Shown here one piece after another: positions 48,924-60,580 of a stretch of DNA of 64,000 bases (positions are counted from its first letter, which is position 1; each line of letters begins with the position of its first letter). The notes under the pieces were generated by a model. The model saw nothing but the letters and a program-made list of their open reading frames with translations. It was not told the DNA's origin and ran no database searches. The position numbers were made by a program, and so were the translations under genes. This stretch comes from Gekko japonicus (Eukaryota): the NCBI RefSeq assembly GCF_001447785.1, contig NW_015165238.1, positions 66,539 through 130,538 on the forward strand, in the 5' to 3' direction.

Positions 48924-49865
48924 TCATATCCTTCCAAACAAATGTTTTCGGCTGAAGATTTTTTTCAGAGCAGATTTTACCTCTTGATTTCTCAATGTGT
49001 AGATCAGAGGGTTCAAAACTGGAGTGACCACACTGTACAATATAGTGATGATCATCTCTCTTTTAGAAGATTCCCCAACGGATGCAAGCAAGTAGTTGGA
49101 AAGAACTGGAACATACAAGAGAGCCACAACCGTCAGGTGGGAGGCACAAGTCGAGAAGGCTTTCCAACGGCTCTTCCAGGACTGGACTTTGAAGAAGAGG
49201 AAGGAAATGATGTACAAGTAGGAGAAAAGAGTGAGGAAGAAACCACCCATAGCAATGCAGCCAGTCACAATATTAAGGAGGCTGAGGTTGAGGGTGGTGC
49301 TACTGCAGGCCAATTTTAGCAGAGGTTTGATATCACAGAGGAAGTGCTGAACATGATTGGGGCCACAGAACCGTAACAGAGAGGTCGCCATAGTATGCAT
49401 CAAGGCATGAAAAAAGCCAGCAGTCCAGGTGGCCGCAGCTAGCAGCAGGCAAGTCAATTTATTCATGATGACTGTGTAACGCAGAGGGTTGCAGATAGCC
49501 ACGTAGCGATCAAATGCCATAACCCCCAGAAGGATGCCCTCACCACTGCCCAGGAAGTAAAAGAAATGCAACTGAACCAGGCATCCAATGAAAGAAATTG
49601 CTTGGTGTTCTGTTAAGAAGCCATTCAGCATTTTGGGCACCGTAACAGTGGAGTAGCAGATGTCCAGGCAGGACAGATTGCCTAGAAAAAAATACATAGG
49701 TGTATGGAGTCGAGGCTCAGCTATAGCGACAGCCAGAATGGCTCCATTTCCCAGCAAACCACCCAAGTAGAGCAGCAGGAACATCACAAAGAGAGTGTAC
49801 CGCTCCCTGTGGTCATCTGTAAGACCCAGGAGAATGAACTCATGCACTTCAGTCCGGTTCTCCAT
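48924..49865 (-). CDS. Olfactory receptor, OR12D-like (intact; probable start MENRTE; upstream ATG at 49913 probably intronic)
   Basis: Full OR motif set ([32 protein letters not shown]); acceptor tttccacag 2 nt before the ATG. Confidence 0.94.
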   Translation of the reverse strand: MENRTEVHEFILLGLTDDHRERYTLFVMFLLLYLGGLLGNGAILAVAIAEPRLHTPMYFFLGNLSCLDICYSTVTVPKMLNGFLTEHQAISFIGCLVQLHFFYFLGSGEGILLGVMAFDRYVAICNPLRYTVIMNKLTCLLLAAATWTAGFFHALMHTMATSLLRFCGPNHVQHFLCDIKPLLKLACSSTTLNLSLLNIVTGCIAMGGFFLTLFSYLYIISFLFFKVQSWKSRWKAFSTCASHLTVVALLYVPVLSNYLLASVGESSKREMIITILYSVVTPVLNPLIYTLRNQEVKSALKKIFSRKHLFGRI

Positions 49866-50288
49866 TGCTGTGGAAAGAAAACAACAACAGCAAAGCCAGT
49901 TACTCTGTTCCAAATGGAATGGAAGTCTTTGAAAAAGAAACCAGAACAGGGATAGCTACGGACCTATTGAGTTAGTTGTTTTGTGGTTCTCCAGTAAAAA
50001 AAAAAAAGAGTGTCATACAAACATAACACATGCTTGCTTGTTTTAGTTCCCCAGTTACATTTACATTTGACACATTCATAATGCAGCATTCACACTAGCA
50101 TAGAAAAAAGTTTTGCATTGATAGCCCCTGGATAGCTGGCTTTCCAGAATAATGATGGAACTGTAATGATCAATTGCTGTGGAAATACCTTTTTAACAAA
50201 GCAGAGTTAAATCAAATCAACATTGACTGATCTCCAAGAAAGTATTTAGTGGAACATTACGAATTTTAAATTTCATGTTCGAATGTTA

Positions 50289-50705
50289 TTTATTTATTTA
50301 TTTATTTAATTAATATTTAGATTTCTATCCCGCCCTCCCCACAGGCTCAGGGCGGCTAACAGGGCATAATGCCAGATAAAACAATAAAACAATATAAAAT
50401 GTTAAATTACACATAGACAATCAACAAACAGTTAAATAACATCCTAAAACAATTTTCGTGCTCCTCTATTCAGTTCCAGATGTTAAGATTATATTTAAGA
50501 GCAAGATGGCATTCTCAGTAACATAGCTAGACAACTACGGCAGTGCCTATCCCACTGCCCTGCCGTCCCCTAAAAGACGTCCCATTCCCTCCAATGATGC
50601 CCACATCAGGATGGCAATATGCAGAAATCATAGGGCGTTGGTGGAACAATGATGGTGGCAGTTCCTATCCGAAAGCCTGGCGGAAGAGCTCCATCTTGCA
50701 GGCCC
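50289..50705 (-). mobile_element. L2-like LINE 3' end (unit A only)
   Basis: (ttta)n tail, tatcccgccctccc..ggctcagggcgg; tgtta duplicated; empty site ~59210. Confidence 0.8.
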
Positions 50706-50965
50706 TGTTAAAATGTTAGGTTTAAAAAACGCACCATAAGAATGACTGAGAAAGAATCTCTGAATGCTACAAAGGGTGGTTGCATGTGAAACAAAGAAAA
50801 GTGTTGATTAACATGCTACACTCTTCAGATGAAAAGTTTGTAGTTGAATTCCCCTTTGCAATCATTAAGAAGGAAGTAGGCATCCTTTTTCCAGTATATA
50901 CAAGAAAATGAGGAAGAGGAGCATTTTTAAGGGAAGACAAGCTATCCTGGAGGTGATTATGGAAA

Positions 50966-51314
50966 TAAAGGTAAAGGTTTCCCTTGCTTGAAAGCTAGTC
51001 GAATCCAACTATAGGGGGCGGTGCTCATCTCCATTTCCAAGTCGAAGAGCCAGTGCTGTCCGAAGACTTCTTCATTGCCATGTGACTGGCATGACTAAAT
51101 GCCAAGGCATACAGAATGCTGTTACCTTCCCACCAAAGTGGTACCTATTTACCTACTTGCAATTTCTTGCTTTTGAACTGCTAGGTTGGCAGGAGCTGGG
51201 ACCAGAGACAGGAGCTCACTCCATCACATGGCACTACATTCTCGAACTGCCGAACTGCAGACCTTTCAGTCTGCAGCTCAACGTCTTAACCTTTAAGTCA
51301 CCGTGGCCACTTCA
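50966..51314 (-). mobile_element. Sauria SINE, full length
   Basis: TSD attatggaaa; tail aaaggtaaagg. Confidence 0.88.
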
Positions 51315-52509
51315 ATTATGGAAACAGGGACAATTAAATTGGCAGTCGTGAGAATCCTGCAAATATTGAGGTCAATTCTTTCTTTCTTGGCTGTAATGGG
51401 AAGATACCAAATTATTTAAATAAGTAGATAAATAAGTATCTAGATATTTATATCCCACCTGATGTAAATCAGGCAGCTTCCAACATCATCCTCTCCTCCA
51501 TGTTATTTTTACACTAACCTCATGAAGTAGGTAAGACTGAGAAAAAAGAACTGGTCCAAGGTCACCCAGTATGTTTTCATGGCATTGTAGGGATTTGAAT
51601 GGGGTCCTCTCAGATGCTTGTCTGATGCTCTAAGCAGTTCCAAGCCAGGTTTTACTTTTGTCTCTGTCTCCCCACCCCCAGCCAGAATCTAGGGAAGCTA
51701 CCATAAAGACTGTGGTGGGCCTCCTCTTATTTTCTTTCTTGACACTGTTTTGTTCCAAATAGTCATATTCTGTTTACCTGAGAAGATTGTCAGCATATTG
51801 TGGAATGGCTCCTGCATTTTACCAGATTACCCCACTGATGCTGAAAAACCAATCGACAAGGGAATTGATCTTCTTATCTTATCTGCACATTCACACTTAC
51901 TTGCCTTTTCAGAATTCACAAAATAGTCGTAGTCTATGCAATATCTGAGAGGGTTGTTTTTTTTAAAAAAAGCAACCCAAATCTCTTCTTATTTCCTATT
52001 CTAACTGCTATTCATTTTTCTCTGTTGCCTCCAACCACCATTGGCCTCTCCAGTCTTTCCATGATAGGCATATCAAAATCAGGCAACAGAAGGAAGACGG
52101 CAATGTGTCCCCCCTTTCCTACGGAAACATTTGATGCCATGACTGTCATCTCTTATAATTTCTCATTTACCAACTGTAGCCAAGCTATTGTTGGAGATGT
52201 CAGCCCAGAAGTGAGCCATTATATTGATATATACATTCAAAGCATGTTTATGCCACTCCACGTCTTGTAATGTATGTCTTCTACTGTTCAGAGCTTGTTG
52301 AATGTTTCTCTTCTTTCTGTCGTGTTTCTCGTCTTCCTGTAAATTCTTATATCCTGAAAGGCTCTCTGCTACTTAAGAACAAAGTTTTCATTTATTTTTT
52401 GTTTTTGCACTTCAATTGTTTAAGAGAACTTAGAGACTGTAACTCTACATGGCTGGAACTGGTGTATTTTCTTAGTTCTGCTAATATCTGTAACCTTTTT
52501 TAGAAACGA

Positions 52510-52635
52510 TAGGGTAGACATGTTGGTCTAAAGCAGAATAACAAAGTTTGAGTCCAATGGCACCTTTGAGACCAACAAAGTTTTATTCAAGATAGAAGCT
52601 TTCATGTGCAAGTACACTTCTTCAGATATAGAAGA
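52510..52635 (-). ncRNA. Penelope-type repeat half with a minimal hammerhead-ribozyme motif
   Basis: Minus strand: tat CTGAAGA a gtgt actt gcac at GAAA gcttc tat (core 52600-52625). Confidence 0.45.
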
Positions 52636-53578
52636 AGTAATACATTGCAGGCATGAGCACTGAGAAATTCTCCACAGATTCTATTATATCTATTATATTA
52701 TACAACTGAACAGATAAACTGGCTTGTATGGTAGGTTATGGCTGTCCACTTTTCACCTGGCAACTGCACCTATGTCTTGACATGGGCAGTTATCAGGCAG
52801 AAGAATGACATGGAGAAAAGCATTATTACCTGCTAAATGGTGCAAATTTAGCTGCTTCTAAGGATACAGAATAGGGAACCGTGTTTTAGTACTCAATGGG
52901 AAATGCAGGAAGACATTCCAGACATGTAAAAACTACATTTTGCTTGTTTTCTTATACCTACCTCACTTCTGTCACAGGGTAGGATCCTACTGGCTTATAC
53001 CCCATGTAAATGAAGGAAAAGAGGCCTTTGTTAACCCCCCCAAAAAGGCTTTGCTTAGGGTCATGGGGCCTGCATGGACAAAAGTCATGGGATGACAGCT
53101 GTAGTAAGAGGGAGAATTGGATGAGATTGAATGAAAAACCTTGCTGATTTCCACCCACTATGTAATTGGAGGCATTTATACTTCATACTTTCCCCCTTTC
53201 TGCTACTCAACTAGGCAAGAGAGGACATGGGATGGAGTATGAGAGAGCCTTGAAGCTGACAATGTTTATACCCACAGTGGTGGTGGATAGTGCTGTCAAG
53301 CCACAGCTGACTTATGGCAACCCCGTAGGGTTTTCAAGGCAAGGAACATTCGCAGGTGCTTTGCCATTCCCTGCCTCTGCATCACAACCCTAGACTTCAT
53401 TGGTGGTCTCCCATTCAAGTACAAACCAGAGCTGACACTCCTTAGTTTTGGGAACTGATGAGATCAGGCTAGCCTGGGCTATCCAGGGCAGGGCAATACA
53501 CAGAGATTCAACACTAATAACAGTTCAATGGAATATGAAAAGAAATATCCAAAGGCAACTATTTGCTCCCTGTCTCAT

Positions 53579-53865
53579 ACCTGGATTGGTTATGTTTTTT
53601 GTCTTCTGAAGAGGTTAAACCTGTACCTGAGAAGGTGAAGTGGTATGAGTAATTTTCAACTTCTGGAGAAGATGAAGATGAAGAAGAGTGGGTTTAGGAT
53701 GATAGAACATTGCTTTATTATGTTTATCTGTGTCGACATCTCATTAAGGGGGAGAAGTTTTTTTGTTTTTTTTTAAGAGGAGGTTTGACTCCTGGGACAC
53801 ACAAAGCCAGAAGAGAGTTCCTTTGGTTTTGAAAGCATGAATGATTGCTTAAATCTCAGGAGAGA
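53579..53865 (-). promoter_or_regulatory. Candidate promoter + non-coding exon 1 for OR 48924-49865 (duplicate of the 44.5 kb module)
   Basis: TAATGA on - at 53741-53746; ctcctggga 53789; tctcaggag ~53854; donor CAG|GTATGA at 53579-53581. Confidence 0.6.
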
Positions 53866-55285
53866 AAACGATTAAAACTATTTAAAATGAAAAGTGCTGC
53901 ACAAATATATTTGAGGTGGACATTCTCTTTTTACCAGGATATACAAATAGGCCCTTACTTGTTTATTTTTGGCTAGGTGTGTTGTCATTGCTTTATCCAT
54001 TTTCAGATCCAATTTCAATTGTTTTCTTCCATTTTATATCCTAAGAGATCCATCAGTGGAGCTGAGCATACCTCGTAGGAATTTCCTACCCCAACCCCCC
54101 GGAGATAGGGCACTCTCATGGACAACACAGCAGACCAAAAAATAAAATGGTTTGGAGGACAAAAATCACCACTTTAATATCATTTTGTACCATTGCTATG
54201 CCGAGGCATCCCATTCTATTACATTTCATCAGTGAAATTTCATTCTGATCTGGAAGAACCCATTTCAGAAACTGGGGTTTGCAAATGAAAACATTGTGCT
54301 CACAATATTTGTTAACATCTCTAATTTGAGAAGGGCCCTGCTTGTATCTTTCACAACAATACAACATAGGAAATTATGAAGTGACCTTTTTCCTGAATGG
54401 GGAAATTGCGGGGGAAACTTTCACCTGGCTGAATCAGGCTACAGTAGGGAGCCTAGCCACAACTGCCTTTTGTTTGTCTTTGTTTGGGAAAATCCATCCT
54501 GGCTCCATCCTGACCAGTGGCCTTGCTTATGCTTTCCTGTGCACAATGTGCAACAAGCTTCCAAGCCCCATTCCCCTTCCCTGTTACACGGTAAAACCAC
54601 TACCAGGTTTGAAAATGTCACTCAGCGCCAAGAGCATTCCTTTCCAAGCCCCATTTTGTCATAAAGCCAATGATGGTCAGTTCCAATCATGCCCACTATC
54701 ACCAGGCCTCATTACTGGCTAATCCTACAGTGGTTAACCCTATAGTATCCCATGGGAAGGTGGGTCGGTCTGCAGCACACAGCAAATGCCTGCTTGGAGG
54801 GGTGTCGTTTGTCTAAGTAGCTGCACTGCTGCCCTTTGACTGGAACACTTCCAGTCCTGATCAATTATTGCCTTGTGCATTTGGCAGAAAGAAGCTAGGG
54901 GAAACATGTCCATGGCTGCTAATGCCATGAATGCCACTCACCTAATTTGGAACATGCATAGACAAAAGCCATGTGGGGCAAAGGCAAGAATAAGGAGGAA
55001 AATTAGGTGAGATTGAGAGGAAAAGCTGACTAGATCCAAGGCACTGGTGTGTGTATGTTTCTTAGCTAGTATGTATTCACAGTAATAGTTTTTAGGGATA
55101 ACTTTGATAATTAGTCCATGGAGTCACACTGTCATCCAGGGTTAAAGCATAATTACAGCTTTTGTATTTTGCCATATCAAAATTTTTTCAGGCTCAGGTT
55201 TGCTTCATCAGATGGATGAAATTATATGATCAGCTGACAATATCTCCATTTATTTCTAAATCTTCTTTCTCTTTGGAGGAACTAT

Positions 55286-55750
55286 GGCCAAGTTCAGACT
55301 GGCAGTTTTCCCCGATATAGACACGTTTCAGAAACGTTCCATAACTGGATTAAAAGGGCCGCTCACACAGGCACATCTGTCAGGCGTTCTCCACCCGTAC
55401 TCAACCCGTCTTGTAACACTTCGCTCCCGAGTTTAAAAGATACCTAGTGAAAGTGGTAGCAAACCTTGGAAAGTGCGATTATCCCATGTCCATCCCGCAC
55501 CAAAAAAGTGTGAACGCCAAGAGCCACATTTTTCTTATGTGCATATGTGCATAAACGCATATCTCCAGATTACCAAAAAAGCTGCGCCTTACAGCGGTGC
55601 CTCTGGGCCAACAGTGTGAACGCTCCCTTGTGCCTCCTCCTGCTTTTGCTCCCGCATCAGTCGCTGCAGTGTGAACAGGAGAACCCGGAACAGTTCTCTT
55701 TTTTTTGCCAGGACTCCCTCCCGCTTCAAACTGCCAGTCTGAACTCAGCC
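55286..55750. mobile_element. PIF/Harbinger-type MITE (unit B only)
   Basis: TIR ggccaagttcagactggcagttt / aaactgccagtctgaactcagcc; TSD tat; empty site gaactataagg at ~47316. Confidence 0.9.
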
Positions 55751-55949
55751 TATAAGGGAGTTATAGATATATTTGCTTTTTTGTTAAGAGTCAGGCATCA
55801 AGGCTTGTCTGCTTCAAAACAGAACAGTACTTTATTTTCTGAAAACATGTACATTTTCAGAGATCATGTACATTAAGGGAAAGTCTTACTCTTCCACAGC
55901 CAGTGAAGTAACTCCACAAAACTTATTCACATGATATCACAATGAAACT

Positions 55950-57700
55950 CTTTCTTTTTTAATTAATAAGACATTCATTATGTTCACAAAAGAAGAGCAA
56001 TCTAAATGTAGAACTATTATAACATTATCGACTGGTAGATATGCCAAGAAAACCTAGGCTAAACCTATACTTTTTGTACGATTTTTGAACACTCACATAA
56101 CAATTCATATTGATACATGTTCACAATAACCTTACAGGTTTAACCAGATTCTATCATTGTTTCTACATGGAAGAACTTCATTCTGTCTCAGAAACCCAAT
56201 AACTGGCTTCCAGATTTCATCATAATTGCAGGGTGAAACAGACAACTGGGAACCAAGAAAGAAAGAATTGTTCTCTGTTTTCCCCATGATATAGACATCC
56301 CAAATTTTGTCAAACCAGGCATCTATGGAAGGCCCATTTTGGTTTTTCCAATTGGCTGCAATTACCTGCCATGGAGCTGCAATCAATATCAAGACCAAGG
56401 AATGTAGGTACCCTTTTATTATGGGGATGGAAGATGGCCAAGTGGTTGGCAAACATTGGTTTAGGATGCATTACAGATTGATGTTAAGCTGTTTTTGAAG
56501 TTTACATGAAGTTGATAAGCTGTAATTTTTCAATTAGATCCTTCTACTCTACACTTGATTCTTGCTTAAATTAAGGTAAATTAAGATTGTTATTTACTGG
56601 ATTGCATAGTTAGTTTGTATTTTTTTCTTTTTCTAACAAATTTGAACTGTAGTTGTATTTTCCACAAAACTAATTGTACCACTGGTAAAAAACAACAACC
56701 AGATTTATCTTTTTTTCTCTTTTTTACTATTGTAATAGTACTATAGAAGTTTAATAAAATGTTTTTTTTAAGGCCAAAGAATGTTGACTCTTTTCCATTG
56801 AATAATCTGGCCAGAAATTAAAAACAAAAAGGTCTGAAGACATAGTGAGAGAAATGTCTAAGATTTGTGAGATCTTATCAGCAACTGTGCCCCAAAAGGA
56901 TTGGATCACTGGACAAGCCCATCATAGATATAAGGGAGGGGGGGCTCATTGATTACACCCTTTCCAGCAAAGTAGGATTCAATTTTATTAAGTTTGGTTG
57001 GTCACAGATACCAGTTAGAGATTGTCTTATAAAATCGGAGCTTTAAAGGAACTATAGATGATTTGTTAGAAGGGGAGTTTCACATTTTCTGCCATTCTTT
57101 AGGAGTTAATGTCCATTTTAATTCTTTCTCCCAAATCTTAGTGTATGTAGGGGGTTTGTTGTTGATTGTATGTTGGAGGTTCTTATAAATTTTAGTCAGT
57201 GAATGTTTGGTTTTCTTTTCTGTGTTTCTGAGAATTTCTTCAAATTCTGTTAATGTCAGAAGAAGATGACCATCTTTTATTAATTGCATTATTAAATATT
57301 GCATTTGAGAGCACTGAAACCAGTTAATTTGATGACCTAATTTGTCCTCTGCCATAATTTTAGAAATAATAGTGCCATTCAACATCCAGGCACAAAGCCT
57401 ACCTAAACCAGTCCTCATCCATTCCTGGTATCTGAAGGGTTCCCAGCTAGGGGAAAACCACTATTTAAAATAGTTGATACTGGAGAGGGATAAGGAGCTC
57501 AGATTTTTCTGTAATTATCACAAATTGTTAAAGTATTATAGAGGAAGGGATTCACCAGGATTAAATGAGATCTAAACTTCCGTGCTGTCCCCATAGTTTC
57601 TATGAAACTATTTCCATGTTTCAGGATTCCCAACAATCTGGAACCAATATATATGGGAGAAAATCAAGGCCAGCGTAACTGGGGCAGGCAAAACCCTGTT
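55950..57700 (-). mobile_element. L1/Tx1-clade LINE ORF2 3' portion, degenerate
   Basis: TKIWEKEL..EWQKM; CWKGC..WWACPVIQSFW; IAANWKNQNGPSIDAWFDKIW..EIWKPV. Confidence 0.75.
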
Positions 57701-57845
57701 CACTTTGATTAGCATGCTTTACAGCCCAGTTTAGTTTGCCCTGTAGTCACTTAACAAGGGCCACCAACAATCATGCATACCTATTTTAGATAATAAATAC
57801 ATGATAGAGATGTGGGTACAGGAAACAGAGAGTCAGAAAATAAAT

Positions 57846-58787
57846 TCATATTCTTCCCAACAAATGTTTCCGGCTGAAGGTTTTTCTCAGAGCAGACTTT
57901 ACTTCTTGATTTCTCAGTGTGTAGATCAGAGGGTTCAAAACTGGAGTGACCGCACTGTACAATATAGTGATGATCATCTCTCTTTTAGCAGATTCCCCAG
58001 CGGACGCAAGTAAGTAGTTGGAAATAACTGGAACATACAAGATAGCCACAACTGTCAGATGGGAGGCACAAGTTGAGAAGGCTTTCCAGCAGCTTTGCCA
58101 AGACTGGACTTTGAGGAAGAGGAAGGATATGATATAAAAGTAGGAGAGAAGGGTGAGGAAGAAGGCACCCAGAGCAATTGAACCAGTGACAACATTAAGA
58201 AGACTGAGATTGAGAGTGGTACTACTGCAGGCCAATTTTAGGAGGGGCTTGATGTCACAAAAGAAATGCTGGACATGATTGGGGCCACAGAACCATAGGC
58301 GGGAGGTCAGAACTGTGTGCATAAGGGCATGAAAGAAACCAGCAACCCATGTGGCCCCAGTTAGCAGAAGGCAAGTCAATTTATTCATGATGACCATGTA
58401 ACGCAGAGGGTTGCAGATAGCCACGTAGCGATCGAATGCCATAACCCCCAGAAGGATGCCCTCACCACTGCCCAGGAAGTAAAAGAAATGCAACTGAACC
58501 AGGCATCCAATGAAAGAAATTGCTTGGTGCTCTGTTAAGAAGCCACTCAGCATTTTGGGCACCGTAACAGTGGAGTAGCAGATGTCCAGGCAGGAGAGAT
58601 TGCCTAGAAAAAAGTACATGGGGGTATGCAGTCGAGGCTCAGCTATAGCAACAGCCAGAATGGCTCCATTTCCCAGCAAACCGGCCAAGTAGAGCAGCAG
58701 GAACATCACAAAGAGAGTGTACCGCTCTCTGTGGTCATCTGTAAGACCCAGGAGAATGAACTCATGCACTTCAGTCCGGTTCTCCAT
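57846..58787 (-). CDS. Olfactory receptor, OR12D-like (intact; probable start MENRTE; upstream ATG at 58835 probably intronic)
   Basis: Full OR motif set; N-terminal half nearly identical to the 48924-49865 gene. Confidence 0.94.
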   Translation of the reverse strand: MENRTEVHEFILLGLTDDHRERYTLFVMFLLLYLAGLLGNGAILAVAIAEPRLHTPMYFFLGNLSCLDICYSTVTVPKMLSGFLTEHQAISFIGCLVQLHFFYFLGSGEGILLGVMAFDRYVAICNPLRYMVIMNKLTCLLLTGATWVAGFFHALMHTVLTSRLWFCGPNHVQHFFCDIKPLLKLACSSTTLNLSLLNVVTGSIALGAFFLTLLSYFYIISFLFLKVQSWQSCWKAFSTCASHLTVVAILYVPVISNYLLASAGESAKREMIITILYSAVTPVLNPLIYTLRNQEVKSALRKTFSRKHLLGRI

Positions 58788-60354
58788 TGCTGTGGAAAGA
58801 AAACAACAACAGCAATGCCAGTTATTCTGTTCCAAATGGAATGGAAGTCTTTGAAAAAGAAACTATAATAGCTATGGACCTTTTGAGTTAGTTGTTTTGT
58901 GGTGGTTCAGTCAAAAAACATGAGTGTCATAGAAACATAACACATGCTTGCTTGTTTTAGTTCCCCAGTTACATTTACTTTTGACATATTCATAATACAG
59001 TATGCAGTCAGGTGTTCACACTGGAGTACAATTTTTTTTTGCATTGACAAGGTCCCAGATAGCTGGCTGTCCAGAATAACAATGGAATTGTATAATGATC
59101 AATTGCTGCAGAAATACCATTACCAAAACGCAGTTAAATAAAGTCAATATTGACTGGTCATCAAGAAAGTATTTAGTGGAACATTATGAATGTTTAATTT
59201 CATGGTTGAATGTTAAAATGTTAGGTTAAAAAAAAACATAAATATGACTGAGAAAGAATCTCTGATTTGTAAGGCCGGGGATAATACAAGTCATATCCCA
59301 CCTGATGTAAATCAGGAAGGTTACAACATCATTCTCTCCTCCATGTTATTCTCACACTACCCCCTTGAGGTAGGTTAGACTGAGAGAGAAGAACTGGCCC
59401 AAGGTCACCCAGAATGTTTCCATGGCACTGTAGGGATTGAACTGGGGCCTCTCAGATGCTAATGTGATGCTCTAACCACTACAGCACACAACAGTTCCAA
59501 GCCAGGTTTTACTTATGTCTCTCCCCAGTCAGAATCTAGGGGTGCTACTATGAAGACTGTGGTGGACCACCTTCTCTTTCCTTTCTTGACACTATTTTGT
59601 TCCAAATAAAGTCATATTCTGTTTACCTGAGAAGACTGTCAGCATATTGTGGAAGGGCTCCTGCATTTTGCCACATTACCCCACCGATGCTGGAAAACCA
59701 ATCAACAAATGAATGACTCTTCCCATCTTCTTTGCACGTTCATACTTGCTTGCCTTTTTAGAATTCACAAAAATAATCACAGTCTGTGCAATATCTGTGA
59801 GGGATTTTAAAAAAAAGCAAACCTAATTCCATGGCAAATCACTTCTTATTTCCTATTTCAATTCCTGTTCCATTTTCTGTGTTGCCTCCCAGCACTATTG
59901 GCCTCTCCAGTTTTTCCGTGACAGAAATATAAAAACCAGGCAACACAGAAGGAAGACAGCAATGTGTTGCCCCTCTCCTACCTAAACATTGATGCCATGA
60001 GTGTCACCCCTTATCATTTCTCATTTACCAGCTGTAGCCAAGCTATTGCTGGAGTTGTCAGATTACTGTACATCCAGATTCAGAGCATGTTTATGCCATT
60101 GTAATGTATGCCTTCTACCGTTGAGAGCTTGTTGAATGTTTCTCTTGTTTCCCTTCTTTCTGTCATGTTTCTCATCTGCCTGTAAATTCTTATATCCTGA
60201 AAGGCTCTCTGCTACTTAAGAATGAAGTTTGTGTGTGTTTGTTTTGTTTTTGCATTTCAGTTGTTCAAGAGACCTTATCGAATGTAACTGCATGCCTGGA
60301 ACTGGTGTATTTTCTTAGTTCTTCTAGCATCTGTAACCTTTGTGAGAAACGGGT

Positions 60355-60580
60355 GGGTAGCTGTGTTGGTCTGAAGCAGCAGAACAAAGTTGGAATCCAG
60401 TGGCACCTTTAAGAGCAACAACCTTTTATTCAAGGTGTAAGCTGTCGTGTGCACACACATTTCTTCAGATACAGAAGTATCTACAGGTATATGAAGAAGC
60501 GTGCTTGCAGACGAAAGCTTATACCTTGAATAAAACTTTGTTGCTCTTAAAGGTGCCCCTGAACTCCAACTTTATTCTTT
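60355..60580. mobile_element. Penelope-type palindromic repeat with two hammerhead-like motifs
   Basis: Inverted arms ggcacctttaagagcaacaa..ttttattcaagg / ccttgaataaaac..ttgttgctcttaaaggtgcc; + strand aggtat-ATGAAGA-stem-GAAA-gctt-atacct at 60485-60526. Confidence 0.7.

Larger units (their letters stand above)
42948..52635. repeat. Tandem segmental duplication, unit A
   Basis: Collinear similarity to 52652-60475 (e.g. 42948~52652, 44540~53741, 46540~54435, 48880~57801, 51451~59293, 52490~60332), interrupted by unit-specific insertions. Confidence 0.88.
52652..60475. repeat. Tandem segmental duplication, unit B
   Basis: Collinear with unit A; empty insertion sites visible at ~52858, ~53264 and ~59210. 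Confidence 0.88.

Noticed and set aside
49866-49913. Cys-rich N-terminal extension as the true OR start (also 58788-58835)
   Set aside because: Encoded by a (TGT)n/polypyrimidine tract ending in a canonical acceptor; paralogues start at MEN.
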